64,000 nt of DNA from Collinsella sp. (GCA_046883645.1 JBKTBE010000001.1:11184-75183); one strand, 5' to 3'. Shown: positions 43,459 to 53,871, numbered from the stretch's first letter. Numbers and translations are program-made. Notes: generated by a model from the letters alone, not told the origin.

Positions 43459-45219
43459 ATGGAATCGATCGTTAAGTTCTTGGAGAAAGGTCAGCCGTAC
43501 TTCGACAAGGTCTCTAAGAACATCTACCTTCAGGCCATTAAAGACGGCTTTTTGGCAGCAATGCCCATCATCCTGTCTTCTTCTGTCTTCCTGCTTATTT
43601 CGACCCTGCCGGGCGTTGTCGCCACGGTCGGCGGCTTTACGCTGCCCGACTGGTGGAACGTCGACGTCGTGAACTTCTGCAACAAGGTTTACAACTTCAC
43701 GATGGGCGTCGTGGGCATCATGGTCGCCGGCACCACCGCAAGCGCGCTGACCGGCTCCAAGAACCGCCGCATGCCTGCCGGCAAGGCCATCAACGCCACG
43801 AGCACCATGGTCGCCGCCATGTGCGCTATGCTCATCTTGGCCGTTACCCAGACGAGTGCCAAGATCGACGGCGCCGATGTCTCGGTGTTCTTTACCGACA
43901 ACATGGGCACCAAAGGCCTGCTGAGCTCCTTTGTCGCCGCATTTGCCACGGTCAACATCTATGCCTTCTGCATTAAGCGAGACATCACCATCAAGCTGCC
44001 CAAAGAAGTCCCCGGCGCCATCGCCCAGAACTTCCGCGACATCTTCGCCTTCAGCTTCTCCATCCTGTTTGTCGCCGTCATCGACGTTATCTGCCGCACC
44101 TGCTTGGCCGTCCCGTTTGCCAACGTCATCTCCACGCTGGTGAGCCCGCTGTTCGCCGCTGCCGATTCCTACGCCGGCCTCGCCCTCATCTGGTTCATGA
44201 TCCCGCTGTTCTGGTTCATGGGCATCCACGGCCCCTCGGTCGTTAAGCCTGCCCTCAACGCCGCGCTGTTTGGCAACATCACCACCAACCTCGCCACGCT
44301 GCAGGCCGGCGGTCACCCCGCCCTCGCCCTGACCGAGAACTTCGGTAACTACATCGGCGAACTCGGCGGCACCGGCGCCACGTTCATTGTCCCGATCATC
44401 TTCCTGCTCTTTATGCGCTCCAAGCAGCTCAAGGCCGTCGGCAAAGCCTCTGTCGTACCCGTGATGTTCGCCGTCAACGAGCCGCTGCTGTTCGCCGCGC
44501 CCATCATCCTCAACCCGTACTTCCTGATCCCGTTCCTGTTTGCCCCCGTGGCCAACGTCCTCATTGGTAAGTTCTTCATCGACTTTTTGGGCATGAACGG
44601 CTTTATCTATGCCATGCCGTGGGCACTCCCCGGACCGATCGGCACCTTCATCGACACCAACTTCCAGCCGATCTCTCTGGTCCTGGTTGTCGTCCTGCTG
44701 GTCGTTGACTTCTTGATCTACTACCCGTTCTGCAAGGCCTACGACAACGTCCTGTGCAAGCAGGAGGCCGAGACCCTGGCCGAAGAAGAGGCCGAGGAGA
44801 CCAAGGCCGTCAAGACCGCTGCCGCCCCCGCCGTTGAGGCTCCTGTTGTCGAGACCGCTTCTGCCACTGAGGCCTCCGCAGCTCCGTCCGCCCTTAAGGG
44901 CAAGGATCTGAGGGTTCTGGTTCTGTGCGCTGGCGCCGGCACCTCTGCACTGCTCGCCAACGCGCTTAAGGAAGGCGCCGACGAGCTGGGCATCGACATT
45001 ACCGCCAACGCCGGTGCCTACGGCAGCCACTACGCCATCATGGACCAGTACAACGTCATCGTCCTGGCTCCGCAGGTTCGCACCTATTACAACGAGATGA
45101 AGGCCGACACCGACCGCCTGGGCATCACGCTGCTGTCGCCCAAGGGCAAACAGTACATCGACCTCACTAAGGATCCCAAGGGCGCCGTCGCCTGGATCGA
45201 GGAAAACCTCGAGGCATAA
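43459..45219 (+). CDS. PTS lactose-family EIICB (module 2)
   Basis: YLQAIKDGF, GIHGPS, VNEPLLF, LVLCAGAGTS. Confidence 0.9.
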   Translation: MESIVKFLEKGQPYFDKVSKNIYLQAIKDGFLAAMPIILSSSVFLLISTLPGVVATVGGFTLPDWWNVDVVNFCNKVYNFTMGVVGIMVAGTTASALTGSKNRRMPAGKAINATSTMVAAMCAMLILAVTQTSAKIDGADVSVFFTDNMGTKGLLSSFVAAFATVNIYAFCIKRDITIKLPKEVPGAIAQNFRDIFAFSFSILFVAVIDVICRTCLAVPFANVISTLVSPLFAAADSYAGLALIWFMIPLFWFMGIHGPSVVKPALNAALFGNITTNLATLQAGGHPALALTENFGNYIGELGGTGATFIVPIIFLLFMRSKQLKAVGKASVVPVMFAVNEPLLFAAPIILNPYFLIPFLFAPVANVLIGKFFIDFLGMNGFIYAMPWALPGPIGTFIDTNFQPISLVLVVVLLVVDFLIYYPFCKAYDNVLCKQEAETLAEEEAEETKAVKTAAAPAVEAPVVETASATEASAAPSALKGKDLRVLVLCAGAGTSALLANALKEGADELGIDITANAGAYGSHYAIMDQYNVIVLAPQVRTYYNEMKADTDRLGITLLSPKGKQYIDLTKDPKGAVAWIEENLEA

Positions 45220-45314
45220 GACGCTGACACCACCTGCCGCTTGCAGACAATAAATGGCCCGTGCATCGATGTGTGATGCGCGGGCCATTTTGTTTAGACC
45301 GCACCCGTCCTCCT

Positions 45315-45458
45315 GTTCATCTCAATCTGTAACATCTAGCCGAGTTTTTCGGTCCTAGCTGTTACAGATTGAGATGAACGCACAGGCCAAGCCGAAAATC
45401 TCAATCTGTAACATGTAGACCACTTTTGACCGTCTAGTTGTTACAGATCGAGACAAAC
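45315..45458. repeat. Palindromic repeat cluster P2 (2 hairpins, A+B)
   Basis: Same unit as P1, period 79. Confidence 0.9.
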
Positions 45459-45476
45459 GGAATAGGCCGAGCACGT

Positions 45477-46487
45477 CTACGCCCGCAAGTCCTTTACGCT
45501 GGAACGCTCGACCAACACGCCCGAGACGAGCGTACGGCTTCTGGAGCTCGGGGCTTCCAGACCTGCGACGACCTCATTAAGCGCACGGATGCCCAGCTCG
45601 CGGTGGCGAAACTTCACCGACGTCAGAATCGAGTTGGGAATCGTCTTGTAGAGCTCATCGTCGAAGCCGATCACGGACACGTCGTCGGGCACACTGAGCC
45701 CTTTGTCACGTAGAGCCATCATCACGCCGTTTGCCATGCAATCGTTAGCCGCGAGGACCGCCGTGCAATCGGGTTTATCGGCAAGCACAAGGCCCGCAGC
45801 ATAGCCACTATCCGCATTCCAATCGCCTTGCAGAGGCTCGGGCGGCTCAATGCCACGCGTCTCGAGTGCCGCACGCCAACCTTTCATACGGCACTGGCTC
45901 GACAGCGACTCTTTCTTACCAGAGACGAAGTACACGTTCTTGTGCCCGCGATTCAAGAAGTACTCGCACGCCATACGAGCGCCGCCCTCTTGATCGTCAC
46001 TGACGGTGGAGCAGGTAGGATGCTCCATCGGTGTGATAATCACCGTCTTGAGGTCTTTCGGCGCCTCAAAGCTATCAAAGTCATCGACCATCTGACGCAG
46101 GTTGAAGATCATGCCATCAACAGGCAGCTGCGACATCCTACGCGCCGCATCGGCAAGAGTCATCTTCTCACCTCCGCACTTCTTAATCATCGTGAGCGCA
46201 AAGCCTCGCTCTTCGGCGGCATCGGCAATACCGTCAATCATGTCCACGGCACCGCCCGACAAGTGGAACAGCACCACGCCGATGCACCCGTAACGACCCA
46301 ACTTGAGTGAACGCGCGGCAAAGTTCGCCCGGAACCCAAGCGCCTCCATGGCCGCATGGACCCTATCGCGTGTCGACTCTCGCACGCTATCGGGCTCGTT
46401 GATCACACGCGAAACCGTCTTGAGAGAAACACCCGCAGCAATCGCCACATCGTTCATTGAGACATTTTTCTTGTCCATCGTTGCCAC
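45477..46487 (-). CDS. LacI-family regulator (module 3)
   Basis: NDVAIAAGVSLKTVSRV. Confidence 0.92.
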   Translation of the reverse strand: MATMDKKNVSMNDVAIAAGVSLKTVSRVINEPDSVRESTRDRVHAAMEALGFRANFAARSLKLGRYGCIGVVLFHLSGGAVDMIDGIADAAEERGFALTMIKKCGGEKMTLADAARRMSQLPVDGMIFNLRQMVDDFDSFEAPKDLKTVIITPMEHPTCSTVSDDQEGGARMACEYFLNRGHKNVYFVSGKKESLSSQCRMKGWRAALETRGIEPPEPLQGDWNADSGYAAGLVLADKPDCTAVLAANDCMANGVMMALRDKGLSVPDDVSVIGFDDELYKTIPNSILTSVKFRHRELGIRALNEVVAGLEAPSSRSRTLVSGVLVERSSVKDLRA

Positions 46488-46640
46488 TGCTTCTCCGCTC
46501 GGTTCTCTATCGCTTGTTTTTTGTGTTCTAGCATATACTACCTGCCTGACTGATAAATCAACCGTTTACCGGACAATATCGACCACTCACCCGTATATCC
46601 TTGTTGCTCTTCCAAAAATGTCTTACGTTGTCATTAACGA

Positions 46641-46658
46641 AATGACAACGTTGTCATT
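46641..46658. promoter_or_regulatory. Module 3 LacI-type operator (perfect palindrome)
   Basis: aatgacaacgttgtcatt; second, imperfect copy at ~46617-46635. Confidence 0.65.
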
Positions 46659-46762
46659 TCGCAATGCCTTCCTTAAACAGGAAGGTTTCCGGGCAGTCCT
46701 GACCATCCATCGACGACCAGTTCCATCCACATGCATCGCGCATCAAGTAGCAAAGGAGCTTT

Positions 46763-48541
46763 ATGGACGCCATCGTAAAGATGCTCGAAAAGCATCAGCC
46801 GTTCTTTGAGAAGATCTCGAGGAACATCTACCTCCAGGCTATTAAGGACGGATTCCTTGGGTGCATGCCCATCGTCCTCACCTCTTCGATCTTTCTGCTG
46901 ATCGCCACGCTTCCCGGCGTGGTCGGCATCACGCTGCCCCAGCCGCTCATCGACTGGTGCAACAAGCTGTACAACTTCACCATGGGTGTCATGGGCATCA
47001 TGGTTGCCGGCACCACTGCCAAGAACTTCACGGCATCCATGAACCGTCGCATGCCCGCCGGCAAGGTGCTCAACGACGGCTCCACCATGGTGGCCGCCCA
47101 GTGCAGCATGCTGCTGCTCGCCGTTACGCAGTTCACCACCAAGTTCAACGGCTCCGAGCTTTCGGTCTTCGATTGCACCAGCATGGGTACGCGCGGTCTG
47201 TTCTCGGCCTATATCGCCGCGTTCATTACCGTGTGGGTCTACAAATTCTGCGTCTCGCGCGATCTGACCATTAAGCTGCCCAAGGAGGTTCCGGGCGCCA
47301 TCGCTCAGAACTTCCGCGACATCATCCCCTTTGGCGGCGCCGTCATCATCTGCGGCATTATCGATGTCGTCGTGCGCAACCTCATGGGCGTTCCGTTCTC
47401 CGAGCTGCTTATCAAACTGCTCTCCCCGCTCTTTACCGCTGCAGAAACCTATCCTGGCCTTATCCTTATCCAGGCAGCCACCGCGTTCTTCTGGTTCATC
47501 GGCGTCCACGGCCCCTCGATCGTCCAGCCGGGCATCGACCCCATCCGTCTTGCCAACCAGGCCGAGAACCTGCAGGTTCTGCTGGCCGGTGGTCACCCCG
47601 CCCATTCCCTCACCTTCAACATGTCGCTCGTGGGTGAGTTCGGCGGCACCGGCGCCACGTTCATCGTGCCGCTTCTGCTGATTCTCTTTATGAAGTCCAA
47701 GCAGCTCAAAGCCGTCGGTAAGGCCTCGATTGTTCCTGTTGCCTTCGCTGTCAACGAACCGCTGCTCTTTGGCGCGCCGATGATCCTTAACCCCTACATG
47801 CTCATCCCCTTTGTTGCCGCCGGCTGCGTCAACGTGAGTGTTGCCAAGTTCTTTATCGACAACGTGGGCATGAACGGCTTCTCCTTCGTGGTGCCTTGGG
47901 CTACCCCTGCCCCCATCGGCATCTTCATCACCACGAACTTCCAGCTTATCGCCCTGGTATTTGTCGCGATCATCATCTTGCTGGACGCCATCATCTACCT
48001 ACCGTTCTTGAAGGCATACGATAAGCTGCTCTGCGACCAGGAGGCCGAGCGCGCCGCCGAGCTGGGTCTCGAGTCCGATGGTGCTGCCACCATCGCCGCC
48101 AACGCCTCTGCGCCCGCTATCGAGCAGACTACCGTCTCCGTCGAGCCGACCGCCGCTGCCGCCGACAGCAAGCCTGTCGCCGATCAGCCCGAGCCCGCCG
48201 CCGACGCATCCGCTAAGAAAGATGTCGACGGTCTGAAGGTCCTCGTCCTGTGCGCCGGCGCCGGCACCTCTGCCATGCTTGCCAACGCCATCAAGGAAGG
48301 TGCTGCGCAGACCGGAGAGAACATCGCTTCCTCCGCAGGCGCCTATGGCCAGCATACTGCCATCATGGATCAGTACGACGTCATCGTGCTCGCCCCGCAG
48401 GTTCGTAGCTACTACAACGACATGAAGGCCGACACCGATCGTCTGGGCATTAAGCTGCTCGCTCCCCGCGGCAAGGAATATATCGACCTTACCCGCGACC
48501 CCGCTGGCGCCATCAAGTGGCTCCGCGAGAACCTCGACTAG
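46763..48541 (+). CDS. PTS lactose-family EIICB (module 3)
   Basis: YLQAIKDGF, GVHGPS, VNEPLLF, LVLCAGAGTS; long Ala/Pro linker. Confidence 0.9.
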   Translation: MDAIVKMLEKHQPFFEKISRNIYLQAIKDGFLGCMPIVLTSSIFLLIATLPGVVGITLPQPLIDWCNKLYNFTMGVMGIMVAGTTAKNFTASMNRRMPAGKVLNDGSTMVAAQCSMLLLAVTQFTTKFNGSELSVFDCTSMGTRGLFSAYIAAFITVWVYKFCVSRDLTIKLPKEVPGAIAQNFRDIIPFGGAVIICGIIDVVVRNLMGVPFSELLIKLLSPLFTAAETYPGLILIQAATAFFWFIGVHGPSIVQPGIDPIRLANQAENLQVLLAGGHPAHSLTFNMSLVGEFGGTGATFIVPLLLILFMKSKQLKAVGKASIVPVAFAVNEPLLFGAPMILNPYMLIPFVAAGCVNVSVAKFFIDNVGMNGFSFVVPWATPAPIGIFITTNFQLIALVFVAIIILLDAIIYLPFLKAYDKLLCDQEAERAAELGLESDGAATIAANASAPAIEQTTVSVEPTAAAADSKPVADQPEPAADASAKKDVDGLKVLVLCAGAGTSAMLANAIKEGAAQTGENIASSAGAYGQHTAIMDQYDVIVLAPQVRSYYNDMKADTDRLGIKLLAPRGKEYIDLTRDPAGAIKWLRENLD

Positions 48542-48616
48542 TTTCCTCCCTCTGTTGGTGCCCGGATCCCCAGTTCGGGCACCCTCCCTATTCGTATCCC
48601 ACAGAAAGGATGACTC

Positions 48617-50038
48617 ATGACCAACCCCATGCAGTTCCCCGACGGCTTTGTGTTTGGCGGCGCCACCGCTGCTTACCAGGTTGAGGGCGAGACCCGCACG
48701 CACGGCAAGGGCAAAGTGCCCTGGGACGATTTCCTGGCTGCTCAGGGTCGCTTCTCCCCCGACCCCGCAAGCGATTTCTACAACAAGTACCCGGTCGATA
48801 TCGACCTGTGCCAGCGTTTCGGCATCAACGGCATCCGTGTCTCCATCGCTTGGAGCCGCATCTTCCCCAGTGGCACCGGCGAGATCAACCCCGAGGGTGT
48901 TGCCTTCTATCACGAGCTTTTCGCCACCTGCAACAAAGCTGGCGTTATCCCCTATGTCACGCTCGATCACTTCGATACGCCCGAGGCCTTTTACCAGAAC
49001 GGCGGCGAGGGCTTCCTGACGCGCACGACGATCGACGCCTTTGTCGAGTACGCCAAGTTCTGCTTTGCCGAGTTCACCGAGGTCAAGCACTGGTTCACCT
49101 TTAACGAGATTCCCGCGACCGCCGAGGGCAGCTTTATCGTCGGCAACTGGCCGCACGGCGAGAAGTATCGCCTGGACAAGGCCTTCCAGCTCATGCACAA
49201 CATGATGGTGGCCCACGCCAAGGCTGTCGTCGCCTTCCATGAGGGCGGCTTTGAGGGCGAGATCGGCATTGTCCAGAACCTGGAGCCCAAGTATCCCCTC
49301 GACCCCAACAACGCCGCCGACTGCGAGGCAGCTCGCATGGCCGACGTCATCAACAACCGCTGGGTACTCGACGCCACCTTCCGCGGCCACTATGCAGCCG
49401 ACACCATGGAGGCTGCGACCAAGCTGGCCCATATCGCCGGCGGCGAGCTCGACGTCCGCGACGAGGACATCGCCGCGCTGACCGCCGCGCTCCCCTACAA
49501 CGATTGCCTGGGCGTCAACACCTACAAGTGCCAGTTCCTGCGTGCCGCCGAGGGCGAAAACGACATCAACCACAATGGCACCGGCGACAAGGGCTCCTCG
49601 CGCTGGTTCCTCAAGGGCGTGGGCGAGTCATGCGTGCGCGAAGGCGTACCCACCACCGATTGGGACTGGATCATCTATCCCGAGGGCCTCTACGACCTGC
49701 TGCTCCGCATTAAGAACGATTACCCCAACTACAAGAAGATCTACATCACCGAGAACGGCATGGGCTATAAGGACGACTTCGAGGACGGCTTTATCGACGA
49801 CGCCCCTCGCATCGACTATATGCGTCAGCATCTCGCGTGGATCCTCAAGGCAATCGACGGCGGCGTAAACGTCGACGGTTACTTTGTGTGGTCGCTGCAG
49901 GACCAGTTCTCCTGGACCAACGGCTATAACAAGCGCTACGGCCTGTTCTACATCGACTTTGAGACCCAGAAGCGCTATCCCAAGGCGAGCGCGTACTGGT
50001 ACAAGAACGTCTCGGAGACCGGCCTGCTCATGGCCTAA
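48617..50038 (+). CDS. lacG: GH1 6-phospho-beta-galactosidase (module 3)
   Basis: GGATAAYQ, TFNE, ITENG, WSLQDQFSW. Confidence 0.88.
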   Translation: MTNPMQFPDGFVFGGATAAYQVEGETRTHGKGKVPWDDFLAAQGRFSPDPASDFYNKYPVDIDLCQRFGINGIRVSIAWSRIFPSGTGEINPEGVAFYHELFATCNKAGVIPYVTLDHFDTPEAFYQNGGEGFLTRTTIDAFVEYAKFCFAEFTEVKHWFTFNEIPATAEGSFIVGNWPHGEKYRLDKAFQLMHNMMVAHAKAVVAFHEGGFEGEIGIVQNLEPKYPLDPNNAADCEAARMADVINNRWVLDATFRGHYAADTMEAATKLAHIAGGELDVRDEDIAALTAALPYNDCLGVNTYKCQFLRAAEGENDINHNGTGDKGSSRWFLKGVGESCVREGVPTTDWDWIIYPEGLYDLLLRIKNDYPNYKKIYITENGMGYKDDFEDGFIDDAPRIDYMRQHLAWILKAIDGGVNVDGYFVWSLQDQFSWTNGYNKRYGLFYIDFETQKRYPKASAYWYKNVSETGLLMA

Positions 50039-50127
50039 CTTTTGCCGCATACCCCCTATCGGCCGCATACGAATCCCTCCATGGGTTCGCATGCGGCTTT
50101 TTTGTTTTGGTGGGCCCGAGCGGATCA

Positions 50128-50269
50128 TTCGTCTCGATCTGTAACATCTAGTCGAGTATTTCGGCCCTAGCTGTTACAGATTTAGACGAACGGGTGGCCC
50201 GGGCCGAACAATCTCGATCTGTAACATGTAGACCACTTTTGACCGTCTAGATGTTACAGATCAAGACAA
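50128..50269. repeat. Palindromic repeat cluster P3 (2 hairpins, A+B)
   Basis: Same unit as P1, period 80. Confidence 0.9.
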
Positions 50270-50321
50270 TAAGATAGTCAAATCCAAACTTTCCAAGCAG
50301 TTATGAAGCATGGTTTCTAGT

Positions 50322-50396
50322 TTTCGGTATCACGAACATACTTTCGGTATCATTTAATGGTATTATGATATCGAAAGTATGTTCGTGATACCGAAA
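50322..50396. promoter_or_regulatory. 32-bp-arm inverted repeat with four TTTCGGTATCA-like boxes over the fic promoter/RBS
   Basis: tttcggtatcacgaacatactttcggtatcat / atgatatcgaaagtatgttcgtgataccgaaa, 1 mismatch. Confidence 0.75.
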
Positions 50397-50404
50397 GGAG
50401 CCGC

Positions 50405-51637
50405 ATGCGCCAGTTCGATTACACCACAGTCCCAGCGGAACTCGAAGCAACTCCAATCACCAACCTCCTCCTCTCGATACGCGAGCATAAAGGCCGACAG
50501 CTTGTTCTGAGTCAAGTCAAACCCGAGCTTCTATCGTCCCTAATGGAGGAGGCTAAGATCCAAAGCACCCGATCCTCCAACGGACTTGAAGGAATTGTTA
50601 CCACCCAAAAAAGGCTCAAAGCGATCATGGCGTATTCCGCCAAGCCAAGCTCCCGCGCAGAGGAAGAAATCGCTGGATACCGAGATGTGCTGTCGCTTAT
50701 TCACGAGCAACACGATTCCATTCCCGTAACGCCATCGGTCATTCTGCAGTTGCATCGTGACCTCATGGCGCACACGGCAATCTCGTATGGAGGCCATTGG
50801 AAAGATGGCGATAACGAAATCGTCTCCATTGACGATCAAGGTAATCGATTTGTGCGCTTTAGGCCCCCTTCGGCTCTAGCAACCCCGGGACTTATTAAAG
50901 AAGCCTGCCAGTCCCTCAACGATGCTTTATCTCGCCAAGTTTGCGATCCCCTCCTTATGTCGCTCCGCTTTATCTTCGATTTTGTCAGTATTCATCCCTT
51001 CAACGATGGCAATGGCAGGATGAGCCGGCTCCTTACAACGCTGCTACTCGAAAAGACTGGATACGACGTTGCGCGTTACATCAGCATCGAACGACTTATT
51101 GAAGACAACAAGGCGCTCTACTACAACGCCCTCGCTGCAAGCTCCACTGGATGGAATGAAAATCAAAACACCGAAGCACCCTTTATCCGTTTCATGCTCG
51201 GAACAACACTGGCCGCCTACCGACAGCTCGAGCAGCGTACCTTAATTGAATCAAGCACTCGTCCCATGTCGAAGCAAGCGCGCATCGCCGTTCTATTTCA
51301 ACAGAGGCCCGGCGTCATTAAGAAATCAGACATCCGATCCAACTGCCCCGATATCAGCGAGGTTACCGTTAAACGAACCCTCAGTCAGCTTGTTAGTTGC
51401 AGCGCAATCGAAAAAACAGGGGCGGGTCGTTCGACGGGCTACATACTCAAAGACGTCTATGCTCTAGAACTATTCTTGCAATCCACAATACCCGATAGCG
51501 AGGCCGCAATAACAAAAGAGGCTCCAAAGGATAAGCTCCTTGAACGTGTAAGCCACGCCGAGGATGAAAGCAGAGAGGGGCTCTATGAAGACTATGATTC
51601 ATTCTCAAGGGACATAAAGACGAAATACGGAGTCTAG
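50405..51637 (+). CDS. Fic-family protein with C-terminal wHTH
   Basis: HPFNDGNGRMSR; inhibitory-like SSNGLEG; C-terminal SEVTVKRTLSQLV..IEKTGAGRSTGY. Confidence 0.9.
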   Translation: MRQFDYTTVPAELEATPITNLLLSIREHKGRQLVLSQVKPELLSSLMEEAKIQSTRSSNGLEGIVTTQKRLKAIMAYSAKPSSRAEEEIAGYRDVLSLIHEQHDSIPVTPSVILQLHRDLMAHTAISYGGHWKDGDNEIVSIDDQGNRFVRFRPPSALATPGLIKEACQSLNDALSRQVCDPLLMSLRFIFDFVSIHPFNDGNGRMSRLLTTLLLEKTGYDVARYISIERLIEDNKALYYNALAASSTGWNENQNTEAPFIRFMLGTTLAAYRQLEQRTLIESSTRPMSKQARIAVLFQQRPGVIKKSDIRSNCPDISEVTVKRTLSQLVSCSAIEKTGAGRSTGYILKDVYALELFLQSTIPDSEAAITKEAPKDKLLERVSHAEDESREGLYEDYDSFSRDIKTKYGV

Positions 51638-51728
51638 TCATATCTCAGAATAGCCTCATCCTTGTTGCTCAAAGTTATTTGCGCGTCATTGTAAAGCGGT
51701 ACCCCCGTGCCGGCAGGGGGGCAGATGT

Positions 51729-52014
51729 ATCGCCTGCCGATCCTGCTGGAGTCGGCAATCAGATAGCGCGTATCGACCTTGCTAAAGGCGAGCTGCTGGA
51801 TGCGGCCCTCTTCCATGTTAGACGTGGACACGTCGCCGTCCAAAATGCCGTTGGCGCCGATATAGGCTGCGTCGATACCCAGCGCGCGCAGGGTATCCTC
51901 GGCCATGGGGCCCACAAAGGCTGCAGTGCGGCGGCGATACATACCGCCCACGAGGCACAGGTCGCAGTCCTCGTGCGCCTCGAGCAGGCTAAAGGCCGAA
52001 AGCGAATTGGTCAC
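51729..52014 (-). pseudogene. Internal fragment of a lacR (DeoR) homolog
   Basis: VTNSLS..GGMYRRRTAAFVG..ADSSRIG closely matches 56481-56768; lacks the HTH and the C-terminus. Confidence 0.85.
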
Positions 52015-52176
52015 ATAGATGAAAGTCAGCTTGTCGGTGACTCGGAGAGCGCCAATGCGATCTCACGACGGTTGCGCTCATTGTCTCAATTAGATACTCA
52101 ACGAAATACGGCCCCGCAGCTCAATAAGCTGCAGGGCCGTACTATACACCGACGAATCAACGACGGAGTGCATCCA

Positions 52177-53871
52177 CTATTTGGCCAGCTCCTGAACGAT
52201 CCAGTCAATTGCACCTTCGGGATCGTTGGTAAGGTCGATATACTCCTTGCCCCTTGTGGTGAGCAGTTTAATTCCAAGGCGATCGGTATCGGCCTTCATA
52301 GCGTCATAGTACATGCGTGCCTGGGGTGCCAGAACAATCACGTTGTACTGATCCATCGTCTCATAGTGGCTTCCGTACGCACCGGACTGAGAAACCAGAT
52401 CGATACCCTTAGCAGCGGCACCTTCGCGAAGAGCATTTGCCAAGAGAGTCGAAGTGCCGGCACCCTGGCAAAGCACAAGCACGCGGATCTGCTCCGCCTT
52501 GTCCTTTACCGCCTCGAGAGCTTTTGCGACATTTTCCTGTGCGGCAATAGCATCTGCATCCGAGGTTCCTGCAGTCTCCTTTGCAGACTCTTCCAAACAA
52601 AGCTGATGGTCATACGCCTTGCAGAACGGATAGTAAATCACAAAGTCAACGACCAACAGCACTGCCATCAATACGAGAGAACGCAGATCGAGACCCGTGG
52701 TGAGGAATGCACCGATTGGGCCGGGAAGCGCCCACGGCATGGTATACATGGGGGCGTTCATTCCAATGACGTCAATGAAAAATTTACCGATAATGGCGTT
52801 GACCATAGGAGCCACTAGGAAGGGCACGAACATATAGGGATTGAGAACAATCGGCATACCGAAGATAACGGGCTCGTTAACTCCAAAAATCACCGGGATA
52901 ATCGATGCCTTGCCCATGGCTTTTAGCTGCTTGGAGCGCATAAACATGATCAGGATAATAGGAACGATGAACGTGCAGCCAGAACCGCCCAGACCGCCGA
53001 TGAAACTTGTAAAGTCCTGCGTGAGAGCAATTGACGGGTGTCCACCTGCTTGGAAAACCTCAAGATTGGTAACGGTATTGCCGTAGAGCGCAGCATTGAT
53101 CGGACTCATGACAACCGAAGCACCGTGGATACCCATAAATTGGAAAAGTGCGACGGCGCCTTCGATAAGCGCCATGCCAGGATAGGTGTCGACCGCGGAG
53201 AACAGCGGCGAGATGAGAGCGGATACCAAATTGGCGAACGGCACAGCAAGCAGCTTGCGGCTCGCGAGATCGATAAAAGCGCATGCAAGGATCGAAAACC
53301 CAAATGCAAAGATATCGCGAAAACTCTGCGCAATAGAGCCAGGGACCTCTTTGGGGAGCTTGATCGTCACATTATGGCTAATGCACACCTTATAGATATT
53401 AACGGTCAAGAATGCGGCTACGAACGCAGCGAGAAAACCCTTGGTTCCCATATAGCCGGTTTCAAAAACAGATGTATCTGCTCCGCCAATCGAGACAACA
53501 TCGTTCGTCACCGATAGCAAGAGCATGCCGCACATGGCACAAACCATGCACGAGGTGGGGTTGAGAGATTTGCCCGAAGGCATGCGACGGTTCATCGACA
53601 TGGCAAGTGAGCTCGCCGTGGTGCCGGCCACCATAATGCCAAGAAGCCCCATGGTATATGCATAGATTTTATTGAAGAAATCCAGCACCTCAGACGGAAG
53701 CGTGATGCCTACATAGGCAGGGAGCGTCGAAAGAAGAAGGAACAGGCTCGAGAACAGCACAATTGGCATATTCGAGAGAAAGCCATCCTTGATCGCCACC
53801 AGATAAATGTTCCTCGAGATTTTGTCGAAGAGGGGCTGGTGTTTTTCAAGGAATTTGACGACAGCGTCCAT
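52177..53871 (-). CDS. PTS lactose-family EIICB (module 4)
   Basis: YLVAIKDGF, MGIHGAS, VNEPVIF, LVLCQGAGTS; codon usage less GC-biased. Confidence 0.9.
   Translation of the reverse strand: MDAVVKFLEKHQPLFDKISRNIYLVAIKDGFLSNMPIVLFSSLFLLLSTLPAYVGITLPSEVLDFFNKIYAYTMGLLGIMVAGTTASSLAMSMNRRMPSGKSLNPTSCMVCAMCGMLLLSVTNDVVSIGGADTSVFETGYMGTKGFLAAFVAAFLTVNIYKVCISHNVTIKLPKEVPGSIAQSFRDIFAFGFSILACAFIDLASRKLLAVPFANLVSALISPLFSAVDTYPGMALIEGAVALFQFMGIHGASVVMSPINAALYGNTVTNLEVFQAGGHPSIALTQDFTSFIGGLGGSGCTFIVPIILIMFMRSKQLKAMGKASIIPVIFGVNEPVIFGMPIVLNPYMFVPFLVAPMVNAIIGKFFIDVIGMNAPMYTMPWALPGPIGAFLTTGLDLRSLVLMAVLLVVDFVIYYPFCKAYDHQLCLEESAKETAGTSDADAIAAQENVAKALEAVKDKAEQIRVLVLCQGAGTSTLLANALREGAAAKGIDLVSQSGAYGSHYETMDQYNVIVLAPQARMYYDAMKADTDRLGIKLLTTRGKEYIDLTNDPEGAIDWIVQELAK

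Noticed and set aside
51634..52014. 126-aa ORF as an intact gene
   Set aside because: It is a lacR fragment that runs into unrelated sequence; treated as a pseudogene.
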